Part shown: piece after piece, positions 14,212 through 24,773 of the stretch
Layout of the letters: every line of letters begins with the position of its first letter
Position numbering within the stretch: position 1 is the first letter of the stretch
Assembly: GCF_004010195.1 (NCBI RefSeq)
Contig: NC_057752.1
Coordinates: 5,583,754-5,632,262, forward strand
Source: Chiloscyllium plagiosum
Lineage: Eukaryota
Direction of reading: 5' to 3'
Length of the DNA stretch: 48,509 nt
Made by a program: the position numbers and the translations under genes
The notes under the pieces: model-generated
Told to the model about the DNA's origin: nothing
Database searches by the model: none
The model's input: the letters and a program-made list of their open reading frames with translations, nothing else

Positions 14212-14406
14212 ATTAGCAGATGTCCACTTCCAGAAGGAAGTCTAATTATTTTGTTCAAGTCATATTTGATTGATTGCAGTCAGCAATCTCCCAGCATGGC
14301 TCTTAGGCCAATGTAGTAGCTTGAAATTGCTTGCAATGAGCTTCAATCAGAGAGATGGCTAGTTCGCAGTCAGGCTGTGACCTTAACTAAGGTGGGACTA
14401 ATTCTT

Positions 14407-14633
14407 CGTTGAAGAGTGTGGTGCTGGAAAAGCACAGCCAGTCAGGCAGCATCCGAGGAGCAGGAGAATTAAAGTTTTGAGTGTAAGCCCTTCAGGAACC
14501 ATTCCTAATAAAGGGCTTATGCCCAAAACATCGATTCTCCTGCTCCTCGGATGCTGACTGGCTGGCTGTGCTTTTCCAGCACCACACTCTTTGACTCTGA
14601 TCTCCAGCATCTGCAGTCCTCACTTTCTCCTGA
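14407..14633. mobile_element. Penelope-derived palindromic short element
   Basis: Same family as 11902; TSD gactaattctt (14396-14406, 14634-14644). Confidence 0.8.
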
Positions 14634-15654
14634 GACTAATTCTTGTCTCACTTGGAGCAAGCTCACCGAAACACATCTGAATTTCGGCTGAAAAAAACTG
14701 AGAATGCTGGAGAAAGTCGGGCATAACCGCATATGTGGTGAGAGAAGTGGTTAATTTTTCATTCAAAGATTTGGTTCAGTTCGAATGAAAAGTCATATTG
14801 AACTTGAAACATTAATTCTGATTTCTCTCTCCATAGACCTACTGAGTTTCTCCAGCATTCCCTATGTTTGTTTCAGATTTCCAGTAACCACCATATTTTG
14901 CTTTTATCAACATTTCATTTCCTCTACCTTCCAAAACCTTGTGTTCCTATATTGAGAGAGAGAAAGAGAAACAGTGACCATCACTGTTTTTGCTGTCAAC
15001 ACAAAACGTTGATGAAGTGCTGATGTTAGCAAGCTGCTTTCACCTCATTATTTCCACATGAGGAGGAATTTGTGCAGAATTTGGTGGGAGTGTTGGTGCT
15101 GGAGAGTCCTTTGACATTAGTCTGTATAGTTTACGGCAATTGAGGTTTAGCAATAAATTACAAATATTGTCAATCGCATTCAGGGAGTTGAATTCTACAT
15201 TACACGAGAAGCAGAACAAACACAGGACTTTATTAAGTATCCTTTCAAAAACAAACTGTCATTTAAAAACCAGCCAGGCAGCAAGGTGAAGATTAAGCTG
15301 AGACAGAGTGTGGGAAGGTGATACAGCAAGGGAGTTGGGGAAGACAGCACCATACGTTGAACAGTTGGTGAGTAAGTTTTTATATATAATGTCTTGGTTT
15401 TCAAGTGTGTTAATCAATGTCCCCATTGTCATGCAGTACGGTATAAACCTTGTTTTCTCTAGAGCAACTCCGTGAACATTGTGTCAAATTTATGCTCCCT
15501 CACTTTTAGTGGAAGTCTTAGACAAGGGATGAACTTCATCTTTATGGAGACAGTTTTGGTAAATTCCCTTCTCTCACTTCTTTGCTCCTGGACATCCCTC
15601 AGAGTTTCAAACCTTCTCCATATCAAGTAAGTTAGCACTTGGTAGAAGCAAGAC

Positions 15655-16095
15655 TTGCATTTCTATAGCGCCTTTCAGTGCTTGAGAACATTCCACTGCA
15701 TTTTATAGCACAAGGACTGCTTTCTGAAGCAATGTCGCTGTTGTAAAGCAGGAAACGTGTCAACCAATTTGTGCACAGCAAGATTCCACAAACTCTACTG
15801 TGATCAAGTGGCTGGTCCATTTTCTTTTAAAGTGGTGTTGAGTGAGGGATGAATATCATTCAGCACACCAGGCAGGATATCCTGCTCTTCTTTGAAACAC
15901 CGGCCATGGAATCTTTATTATGTCCATGTGAGGGTGGCTGGGGCCTCTGTTTAATGGGTCCTCCAAAAGCAATCCCCCATCCTGGTACTGCGCTGGGAGC
16001 GTAAGCTTCGTTTATGTGCTCATGTCTCTGAGGTGAAGCTAGAACCATGAACTTCTGTCTTCAGTGGGAGTGCTCCCCACTCTGTCACAGCTGTA
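15655..16095 (-). mobile_element. Ancient DeuSINE-like (SacSINE1/AmnSINE-type) element
   Basis: Motifs tgcacagcaagattccacaaac, gccatggaatcttt and gggcctctgtttaa resemble the Deu domain. Related decayed copies at ~3625-3870, ~10060-10240 and ~44010-44115. Confidence 0.55.
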
Positions 16096-16337
16096 ATGTG
16101 TTGTACAAACCTGGAGTTTATTTAGCTCATGCTTCCTGCTTCCACTCCTGAATCCTGTCCTTTGTATTTGGAGAACCCACTCCTCTGAAGCTTTGAGGAT
16201 TGGAATTGCTGTTGGATAAAAATGAACTTCAGTAAATGTGGAGTAAATGTAGAAAGCAATATGCTATTAGGCAAATGTTTCTCTCTTTGCTATTGATGCA
16301 TTTTTCTTCCCTTTGAAGGTGAAAATTAAAAGAGTAA

Positions 16338-16411
16338 ATGAACTCTGAAATGAGGAATTATGGCAACTATGACTCTCTGGGTAAATATGGAACCTTTCAT
16401 GGGAGATCCAC
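16338..16411 (+). CDS. ddn: Candidate first coding exon of ddn (exon 16319-16411, ATG at 16338: MNSEMRNYGNYDSLGKYGTFHGRS)
   Basis: Acceptor tttttcttccctttgaag|16319 and donor AC|GTAAGC at 16411/16412. The donor is phase 2, which joins in frame to the 24774 exon (AC+T=Thr, then YRGNPVIPP). No homology support seen. Confidence 0.5.
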
Positions 16412-16641
16412 GTAAGCACCAATTAATCATTTTGTCCATCTTGTAAAGGATGAGCACAAGGGATATGCCTGATTGATGTTGTTTCTCTAATCAGTGCCAT
16501 TTCCTTAAAGTTAGCATTTAAGTTCCAGTTTTGTCATGAGGCTAGAACAATAATTTTAGAAGGGAGATTTGCATTAACGTGTTGGAGACAGCTCCATATA
16601 TCATGCAAGTGGCATATTTTTAGTTCTGACTGAATCTGAAC

Positions 16642-16771
16642 CGACGTCATCTGTCCTTGGTTCGCCAACCTTCATGCTAGCTATATATAGGACTCTTGGA
16701 GGTCACACAATAGTCATTCACCTGGCAGACCCAGCTAAAGCTGTCCTTGTTGTATGTACCCACTATATAAA
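16642..16771 (+). promoter_or_regulatory. Candidate promoter: CRE-like, MEF2 and TATA motifs
   Basis: CGACGTCA 16642-16649, CTATATATAG 16681-16690 (fits CTA(A/T)4TAG), TATAAA 16766-16771. Unique sequence ~200 bp upstream of the dendrin-N-terminus-like segment. Confidence 0.35.
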
Positions 16772-16970
16772 TAGCAAATTCATTTGCTCCCTGAATGGTT
16801 TACATACGTACCATGAAGATAAACGGAAAATTAGATTGGATATGAAGCCATGACTGTCAAAATAAAGGGGCAAATTAAACAACTAATTAATTTGATGTGG
16901 TGTGGCATCAATAAAATTGAAATTTGAACGCCTGAGCAATGCAGACCAGTCTGTCTTTCTCGACCACAGA

Positions 16971-17190
16971 ATGTTCTGTGGAGTTACATGTCACAACATT
17001 AATAATAGAAATCCAGTATCAAAGTTTAATTTGCACAGAATATGCAGCAACAGCATCTTACAAAGCAGAGATTCTCCTCGTGACCTGGATATTGTGATAG
17101 AAATGGCCAGCATTCACTGCCATTGCTCCACTTGAGCTGATGACAACTTGTGGAATCCACACACACAAATCGAAAGTTGCTGTTGGTCTG
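16971..17190 (+). pseudogene. Segment resembling the mammalian dendrin N-terminal exon, interrupted by an in-frame TGA
   Basis: RDSPRDLDIVIEMASIHCHCST*A resembles human DSPREL...LLVIEVKTISCHYSRRA (from memory). TGA at 17133-17135 falls at an Arg position. GTGAGC donor at 17191. Confidence 0.45.
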
Positions 17191-17989
17191 GTGAGCTTCG
17201 GCACAGATTGTGCTGTGCAAGTTCCCTCCAGACCACAGTCTCCATTGCAAACATGATTTGACAACAAGATCAGTGGTATTCACCTCAGTGTAAGAACTTG
17301 TTTCAAAGTTTCAGACTGATTTTTTAAAGGATACATATCATTTACTACAAAATACCGTCACTAGCCCTAAAAAAAAGCTGATTTTACATTTTTTGAGGAA
17401 TGTCAAGTTTATACATCATATAAAGATCCATCCATTTAAAGATAGCTTGTCTTTATTTTAGCCTCCATTTGTTCCAATCACCATTTATTTTATGCAAAAA
17501 TTTAAATTAAGTGTGAAGGAATTCGGAACAAATATATAAGTCTTAGTGGCTCCTTGCTGCTTGCTGGCATCACTGCTGCGGTACACCAAGAAGGAAATAT
17601 TTTCCCTCCGCTTTTCTCCCTTCTCCTTCCCAGGAGCTCTTCAAGTGGGACCCTGAGTAATAAAGGGCAGGGTTATCTGGTACCTGCTGTCAGTGTACTG
17701 CTCTTGTCAGCAATAGAATCCACTCTTAGCAAGCTTCTCTCACAGGGGAAGGCAGAATCCCAACTTCCCAAAAGAGGGGATTACATGGGTGATATGTGTC
17801 TCCTGGTAAATGGAGCCACTGAGGCCATTTTACACATAGAAACATGGAAAATAGGAGCAGGAATAGGCCTTTCGGCCCTTTAACTCTGCTTCCCCATTCA
17901 ATATGATCATAGCTGATCATCCAACTCAGTCCCCTGTTCCTGCTTTCTTCCCCACAGCTCACCACTCTCTGGGTAAATATATTTGTCCT

Positions 17990-18310
17990 CATAGAATCCC
18001 GACAGTGTGGAAGCAGGCCATTTGGCCCATCAAATCCACACCAACCCTCTGGAGAGCACCCCACCCAGACCCACCCCCTCCCCTGTTTTCCCATGGCTAA
18101 CCCACCTAACCTGCACAGCCCTGGACACTATGATCAATTTAGCATGGCCAAACTGTCCTAACCTGTGGACTGTGGGACGTAACCAGAGCACCCAGCAGAA
18201 ACCCATGCAGACATGAGAATGTGCAAACTGCACACAGACAGTCGCCCAAGGCTGGAATTGAACCTGGGTCCTGGTGCTGTCAGGCAGCAGTGCTAACCGC
18301 AGAGCCCCAT
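17990..18310 (-). mobile_element. HE1-type SINE
   Basis: Reverse complement matches 2922-3240. Confidence 0.88.
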
Positions 18311-19328
18311 CTCAATCCTAAATGGTCTATTCTGTATCCTTACACTGTGGCCCCTTGTTCTGGACTCTCCAGTCATGAGGAACCTCCTTCGTGTTCACTC
18401 TGTCTAGTCCTGTTCGAATATTATACTCTTCTATGAGATTCCCACCGTGCAATTTTTCTAAATGCCAGTGAATATAATCCTAACTGATCCAGTCTCTCTT
18501 CATACATCAGTCCTGCCATCCCAGGAATCACTCTGGTAAAACTTTTTTTTTACAGGTGTGGTCTCACCAAAGCCCTGTATAATTGCAGCAAGACACCCCA
18601 ACTCCTGCACTCGAATCCTCTTGCTATGAAGGCCAACATACATTTGCCGCCTTCACCACCTGTTGTACCTACATGCTTACCTTCAGCGACTGGTGTACAA
18701 GGATATTCAGATCTTGATGCATCTCCCCCTTTCCCAATCTTATCACCATTTGGATAATAATCTGCCTTCCTGATTTTGCGACCAAAGTGGATAACCTCAT
18801 ATTTATCCACATTATACTTCATTTACCTTGCATTTACCCACTCAACTTGTCCAAGTCACACTGAAGCATCTCTGCATCCTCCTCACAGCTCACCCTCCCA
18901 CTCAACTTTGTGTCATCTGCAAACTTGCAGATATTACATTTACATTCATGATTTAGATGAAGGAATTATGTTATAACTAGCTAGAGTCCCAGCACTGAAC
19001 CCTGCGGTACCCCATTAGTCACTGGCTGCCACTCAGAACAACATCTGTTTATTCCTATTCTTTGTTTCTGACTGCCAACCAGTTCCCTATCCACGTCAGT
19101 AGACGACCCCCAATTCCATGTACTTTAATTTTACACGCTGACCTCCAATGTAGGACCACATCGAAAGCCTTCTGAAACTCTAAGTAAAACACATCCACTG
19201 GTTCCCCTTATCAACTCCAATAGATCCATTCTTAAAAAACAAATTCTGCAGATTTGTCATGATTTCCCTTTCATAATTCTATGTTGACTCTGTCTGATCC
19301 TGTCACTATTTTCCAAGTGCTCTGCTAT

Positions 19329-19548
19329 TGTTATGAAGTTGAAGGTGTGTACTGTACCTTTAAGAGAGAATGAAAGCTGGCAAACACCTGTCATGCCATT
19401 CGGTTTAAATTATGCATCATGATAATAAAACCCAACTGAATTTGAATCTTACTGTTTTGACAACATCGAACCGATGAGGCGATCCTATGTTTGGGGTATA
19501 AAAGTCAGACATTTTGTACAGTTAGCCAGAAAAGAGCACCACCTGCCA
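19329..19548 (+). mobile_element. Partial LTR (U3 to start of R) with TATA box, left arm of the composite insertion
   Basis: Aligns to the reverse complement of 22540-22831 with a ~75-bp gap. GGGTATAAAAG at 19494-19504. Fuses to KMT2D at cacctgcca. Confidence 0.85.
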
Positions 19549-22103
19549 AAGGTGGATCCATGCAGACTGTGGTCCTTCTTTTCTCCATTTATCAGAGCAA
19601 CAGTGCACATGTACAATATGTAAAAACCCATCACAAAACTCAGGCCTTTCGCCTTCTGATCATGTTGTTGAGAGGCAGTTGAAGCTTGGGTCAGTGGAAT
19701 CAGAGAAAGTAAAAGAAACTGAATTGTCTGAAAAGCAGAGAAAGGATGTTGAACCAGAAAAACAATGGAATGAGAGTGTCACTGGAGAGCCATTTCAGAA
19801 ACAGGAGTGTTTCATTGAAGCTACTAGTAGTAGTGTGGAAACAGCAATTCAAAGACGACAAACGTCTGATGTTGGCACCAAGGAGCAGGTGGAATCTCAA
19901 TCTCTTATTTCTTCAGAGGAAGGTGGGGTTGAAGACTTAACTACAGTGAAAGAGTTTGAACATGAGAAACCTGATGAAGGATTCCATTCTTCTCCAAATA
20001 GAGATGTTTGTCAGACTTCTGAAACTGGAGGAGGTGCACAACCTTCTGAGAGCATTAAAAGTGGAGTAATCACTTCAGTGGAACCTTTGTCTGCAGGAAA
20101 AGAATTGCCAGAACATTTCAGTTTGGATCCAGCAGACCAGTTGGAAGATTTTATACAGGAGAAGGAAGTAAAAATGGAGAGCTCGGTTTCTCTGTTAGAC
20201 CAGGTAGAGCCAGGTCTTCCTGCAGAGATGGGTGTCAGTCCCACTGGTTCCATCCCAGAAGAATTGAAACCCCACCGCCTTATCTCACACCCTGACCTGA
20301 TGGACTCTGCTAGTAACTCTGCCGAAGCACAATTAGACTCTGCCACCTCTGTTTCGATCAAGCAGGAGACTAACCAAATCCAAACAGACAAAACTGAGCT
20401 CTGTGACATTCCTGCTGATTCAAGCTGTAGCTTCGTGGAGAGGGGTGAAGTTTCTGATATAGTCTCGGATGGAATGGAGACCAGGGATAATCCTGTTGAA
20501 ATGGAAGTTAATGATATTGTGACCCCTATGGAGGTTGTACCTGCAGTAAATAAGCTAAAGACTGAGCAAGATGCTCAAATGGAGGTGCAGGATATTGGGA
20601 GCACAGACCCTGTCAGTAACATGTTCATTAAAGCCGAGATAGTAGAGGAAATATCGAATCAAAGTCAAACGGACTCGAACAGCACCTGCTTGGAACCAGA
20701 TTATCCAGTTACTTTGGACCGTGATCCCAGTCTGGCTACTATGGATGTTTGCATGACCGTAGCAGATGATGTTTCTCCAAGGGTGGAAGAAGAAGCTGAA
20801 AAGTCCAATTCAGACCTCCGGTTAACAGAAACTGAAGATTCCCTCCCAGCTGACTCTGGAATGAAGAAGAGTGAATCTGGCAAGCCTGCTATAATGAAGA
20901 GGCGCTTTTCACCAGGTCACCCTCGAGTCAAGTAGGTAAACAAGGAAGAAAGGCGTATTTTTTTTGTTTTTGGACGAGGGCAATCACATTTGAAGTCTGT
21001 GTCTGGAATCTTGGAGTCTCTGGGATCTACAGGAGTGGATACATCTGCAAGTAAAGATGATGATGACAAAACACAGTGGTTCTCTTCTCTTCACTGAAGA
21101 CAAATTTATTCTCCAACAGGATATGTGTGTGGTCTGTGGGAGTTTTGGACGAGAGGTAGGGGGACAGCTGTTGGTTGTTCAGTGTGGGCAGTGCTACCAC
21201 CTATACTGTGTCAATTGTAAAATGACAAAAGTTATGTTGAGCAAAGGGTAGCGTTGCTTGGAATGTATCGTATGTGGTGCATGTGGAAAAGCTTCTGAAC
21301 CTGCTCGTTTATTGTTATGAGATGACTGTGAAGTAAGTTCCCACACGTATTACCTGGATCCACCATTGCAAACTGTTCCAAAGGGTGGGCGGAAATGCAG
21401 GTGGTGTGTTTGCAGTGTGGTGCCACAACACCTGGTTTTCACTGTGAGTGGCAGAATAACTACATTCACTGTGCACTTTGTGACAGCCTTGTTACTTGTC
21501 CTAGCTGCAATGAAGACTATGAAGAAGATCTTCTCATACAGTGTCACGACTGTGATCAGTGGGTCCACGCCATCTGTGAAAATCTCTTCATAGAAGATGA
21601 AGTGGAACAAGCGGCAGATGAGGGCTTTGATTGTACTGCATATGAGCCCTTTATTCATCCAGTTATTCGAAGTGAGTCCTCCGTCATTGCACCTGTCCTC
21701 AAAGTCAAAGATCCAGAGCCACGGTTTTATAATCACGACGGCGTATGGTTGACAGTCGGGCATGTCACAGTTCCGAAGTCTTATACTTTCTCCGCCGCAC
21801 AAAAAAGGACCAAAGCCCAAACTAAAGAACAAACCTCCGACACCATGCAGTGAGCCAATGATGGTTAGTATGGATGGCTCATCTATAGAAATAAAGAAAG
21901 GAGGAGGTGAAGGGGACGAGGAAAAGGTTGCCATGGAACCAGGAGAATGTGATGTAAAATTCGATGCACCTGTCAGCCAGGAGCAAGAGGTGTGCCCAGT
22001 GAATAATCGTGTAAAAGCAAGTGAAGAAACTGAGGAAGGGAAGAGGGTGCCACACAGACTCTGAAGAGGTGGATTTATGGTCCATCTGAGGCAATCCCGG
22101 ACG
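19541..22103 (+). pseudogene. kmt2d: Processed (intron-less) KMT2D/MLL4 fragment: end of a PHD-like finger, acidic linker, PHD4-PHD6 and downstream region
   Basis: TCQRWIHADC; QDMCVVCGSFG; DPPLQTVPKGG; PGFHCEWQNNY; SLVTCP; EDEVEQAADEGFDC; DGVWLT; EETEEGKR; GGFMV. Diagnostic residues favour KMT2D over KMT2C. No introns across the PHD cluster. Stops at 20933, 21249, 21318, 22062 and several frameshifts. Confidence 0.88.
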
Positions 22104-22111
22104 AGTCCCCA
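22094..22111 (-). other. Primer-binding site complementary to tRNA-Pro 3' end
   Basis: The - strand reads TGGGGACTCGTCCGGGAT vs canonical TGGGGGCTCGTCCGGGAT (17/18), 3 nt from the LTR end. Confidence 0.88.
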
Positions 22112-22114
22112 AAC

Positions 22115-22831
22115 TGTTCTGACACAGCGGTGAACCCTTCTAATTAAATCAAACACCAGAGAAAGGCTCACCTTGCCTTGTAATCTGTTAAAGTATGAGT
22201 GTCAGAGAACTACCTAAATTCCACTATTTAACAAAAAAAATCAATTTTATTCCTTAACTCTAAAAGTGAACATTAAACAACAACTATTTACAACTCTAAG
22301 CCTTCTTTCTCTTAAAGGTTCATTATCTACCTCCCACTCTATAATAATATACTGAACCAATAAAGCCCTTATTAAATTTACAGCAACTCAATTTTCAAAA
22401 GCCAGACAGTGGCTGTCATCTCCGGTGTTGATCTTCCTCTGTTTGTACATCTCCCTGGGTCATCTTCAGGGATAAAGATTTTTCATACGAAAAAGGTACC
22501 TTTGACAGTGTGTGTTTTCGGGCAGTCTATCTGACAATGGCAAGTGCTGCTCATTTCTGGCTAACTGTCCAAAATGCCTGCTTTTTATACCCTAAACATC
22601 AGATCATCTCATTAGTTTGATGTCATCAAAACAGTAAAATTCAAATTTGATTGGGTTTTGGTATACTGGGGCATAATTTAAACTGATTGGTTAAATTTAA
22701 ACTGCTGTGAAAACAACTGGTATCTAAAATGTTACATCTTTCAATTTTCCAGCACACTCTGTGACATGACAGGTGTTTGCCAGCTTTCTCTCTCTCTTCA
22801 AGGTACAGTACACACCTTCAACTTCATAACA
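22115..22831 (-). mobile_element. Full LTR (~717 bp), right arm of the composite insertion
   Basis: TG...CA termini. On the - strand, a GGGTATAAAA box (~22584-22593) and AATAAA (~22246-22251). Followed after 3 nt by a PBS. Confidence 0.85.
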
Positions 22832-23757
22832 CCATTAAATCTTTTATAATTGACTCTAGCATTTTCCTCACCACCAATATCAGAGCAACCAATCTATAAT
22901 TCTGTTTTCTCTCCACCTCCTTTTTGAAGTAGTGAGTTTTCATGAACTACCCTCCAATCATACAAACTAATTCAGAGTCTATAGAATCTTGAGAGGTGAC
23001 CACCAATACATTCACTATTTCTAGAGTCTTCCAGTACGCTGGATATAGATTATCAAATCCTGCGGATTCATCTGCCTTTAATCCCATCGATTTCCTCAAC
23101 ACCATTTCCCAACTAATACTGATTTCCTTCACTTCCTCTCTCACTACACCCTGTGTTCCCCAACACTTTTTAGGATGTTATTTGTGTCTTCCTTTGTGAA
23201 GACAGAGCCAAATTATGTATTTAATTGGTCTGCTATCTCTTTGTTCTCCACTATAAAACTTCCCCTGTTTCTGACTGTAAGGGACCTATATTTGTTTTAA
23301 CCAATCTCTTGCTTTACACATACCTTTAGAAACTTGTAGAATGAGTTCTTATATTCCCCACAAGCTTACTGTCACACTCCATTTCCCCCCTCTTAATCAA
23401 TCCTTTTCTCCTCCTTTGCTGAAATCTGTACTGCTCAGGTCTGTTACTTTATTGGCCAATTCATATACCATTTCCTTGGATCCAATACAATTCCCTAATT
23501 TCCCTTGTTAACTCTGGTTGGACCACCTTTCCCACTTTATTTTTGTGCCAGGCAGGAATGAACAATTGTTGCAGTTCCTCCATGCGCTCTTTAAGTGTTT
23601 GCCATTGCATATCCAGCTTGTTTCTAATTTCCTCTTTAACGTCTTCCCTACCATTGCCAATACAGTTTGTGCACCTAAATACAACCCCTTTAATTTTCTG
23701 CCCTTTGGTGTTTCTAAGCTCTACCCATACAGTTTCCATTTCACTGGAGCTAACATC

Positions 23758-24420
23758 TAGGGATATTCAGTTGTCAAGATGGACAGACAAAAAGAAAAGG
23801 AGATGGGGTAACATTGCTGGTTAAAGAGGAAAGTAACACAATAGTGAGGAAGGATGTTAGCTCCAGTGAAATGAAAACTGTATGGGTAGAGCTTAGAAAC
23901 ACCAAGGAGCAGAAAATAACAGGGGTTGTATATAGACGCACAAACTGTATTGGCAATGTTAGGGAAGACATTAAAGAGGAAATTAGAGACTAGCAATAAA
24001 AGTACAGCTGTAATTATGGGAGCCTTTAATTTGCATGTAGTTTGGGCAAATCAAGTCAGTAACAATGCCGTAGAGGATGATTTTCTGCACTGTGTATGAG
24101 ATGGTTTACTGGATTAATATGCTGCAAACCCAGCAAGAAAACAGGCCATCGTAGACAGGGTATTGTGTGATGAGAAAAAAATAATTGGCAATCTTCCCTT
24201 GGGGAAGAGTGATCATTACACGATAGATTTTTTCATTAAGATGCAGAGTGATGTAGTTAACTCTGAGACTCAGGTCCTGAATTGAAATAAAGGAGACTGC
24301 AATGGTTTAATGCATTAGCTGGCTCCAAAAACAATGGGAAATGTTACTTAAAGGGATGATGGTAGAAATACAATCGCAAACACTTAAAGTGCACACGGAG
24401 GAACTGCAACAATTATTCAT
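23758..24420 (+). mobile_element. CR1 LINE endonuclease region, inverted relative to the adjacent RT part
   Basis: Degenerate VWVELRN, GVVYR, VIMG-FN, LGKSDH apurinic-endonuclease motifs. Confidence 0.8.
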
Positions 24421-24773
24421 GTATTCATCCTTTTGTTCAAGGCAATGGTGACTTATTCTTTAAATGTATTTAAAGCTGAGATTGATAGTTTTTTTTTTAT
24501 TTTCATCAATGTCAAGTGATTATGGGGGCGGACAGAAAAGTGGAGCTGAGACTACAACCAGATCAGCCATGATTTATTAAGTGATGGAGCAGGTTCAAAT
24601 GGCTGAATAATCCAAGGTCCTCTGTTCCTTGGCCCCATCACATGTAGAGACTTGTGATAAACAATGAAGACACTGTCAGCCTTAGGAATCTTTGTCTTGA
24701 AGCATCTATTTAATAAATTTGCATTTTATTTACTTCACCAAAAGGAAAAATATTGATTTATTCTCACTTACAG

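Larger units (their letters stand above)
19329..22831. mobile_element. Composite insertion: inverted LTR pair enclosing a KMT2D cDNA fragment
   Basis: Ends TGTTATG...CATAACA. Terminal 67 bp are inverted repeats (64/67 identical), and homology continues to ~19548 / ~22540. TSD CTAT (19325-28) / CCAT (22832-35). It interrupts a CR1 LINE that resumes seamlessly. Confidence 0.9.
18315..23615 (-). mobile_element. CR1 LINE ORF2 remnant (- strand), interrupted by the 19329-22831 insertion
   Basis: KYEVIHFGRK, LYRALVRPHL, KSMGLKADESAGFDNLYP; sequence is continuous across the TSD. Its 3' end probably continues at ~17835-17990. Confidence 0.85.

Noticed and set aside
82..15820. Numerous 60-130 aa ORFs in the ORF track
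   Set aside because: They overlap SINE/LINE/Penelope repeats or are chance ORFs, often with non-ATG starts and no protein-like signal.
19541..22103. The functional kmt2d/kmt2c gene
   Set aside because: Intron-less across normally multi-exon PHD4-6, with multiple stops and frameshifts; no SET domain or other exons in the window.
19329..22831. Autonomous Ginger DNA transposon (TGT...ACA, 4-bp TSD, PHD domain)
   Set aside because: No transposase/integrase is present. One arm is a complete LTR with TATA, poly(A) signal and tRNA-Pro PBS, and the cargo is a host KMT2D cDNA.
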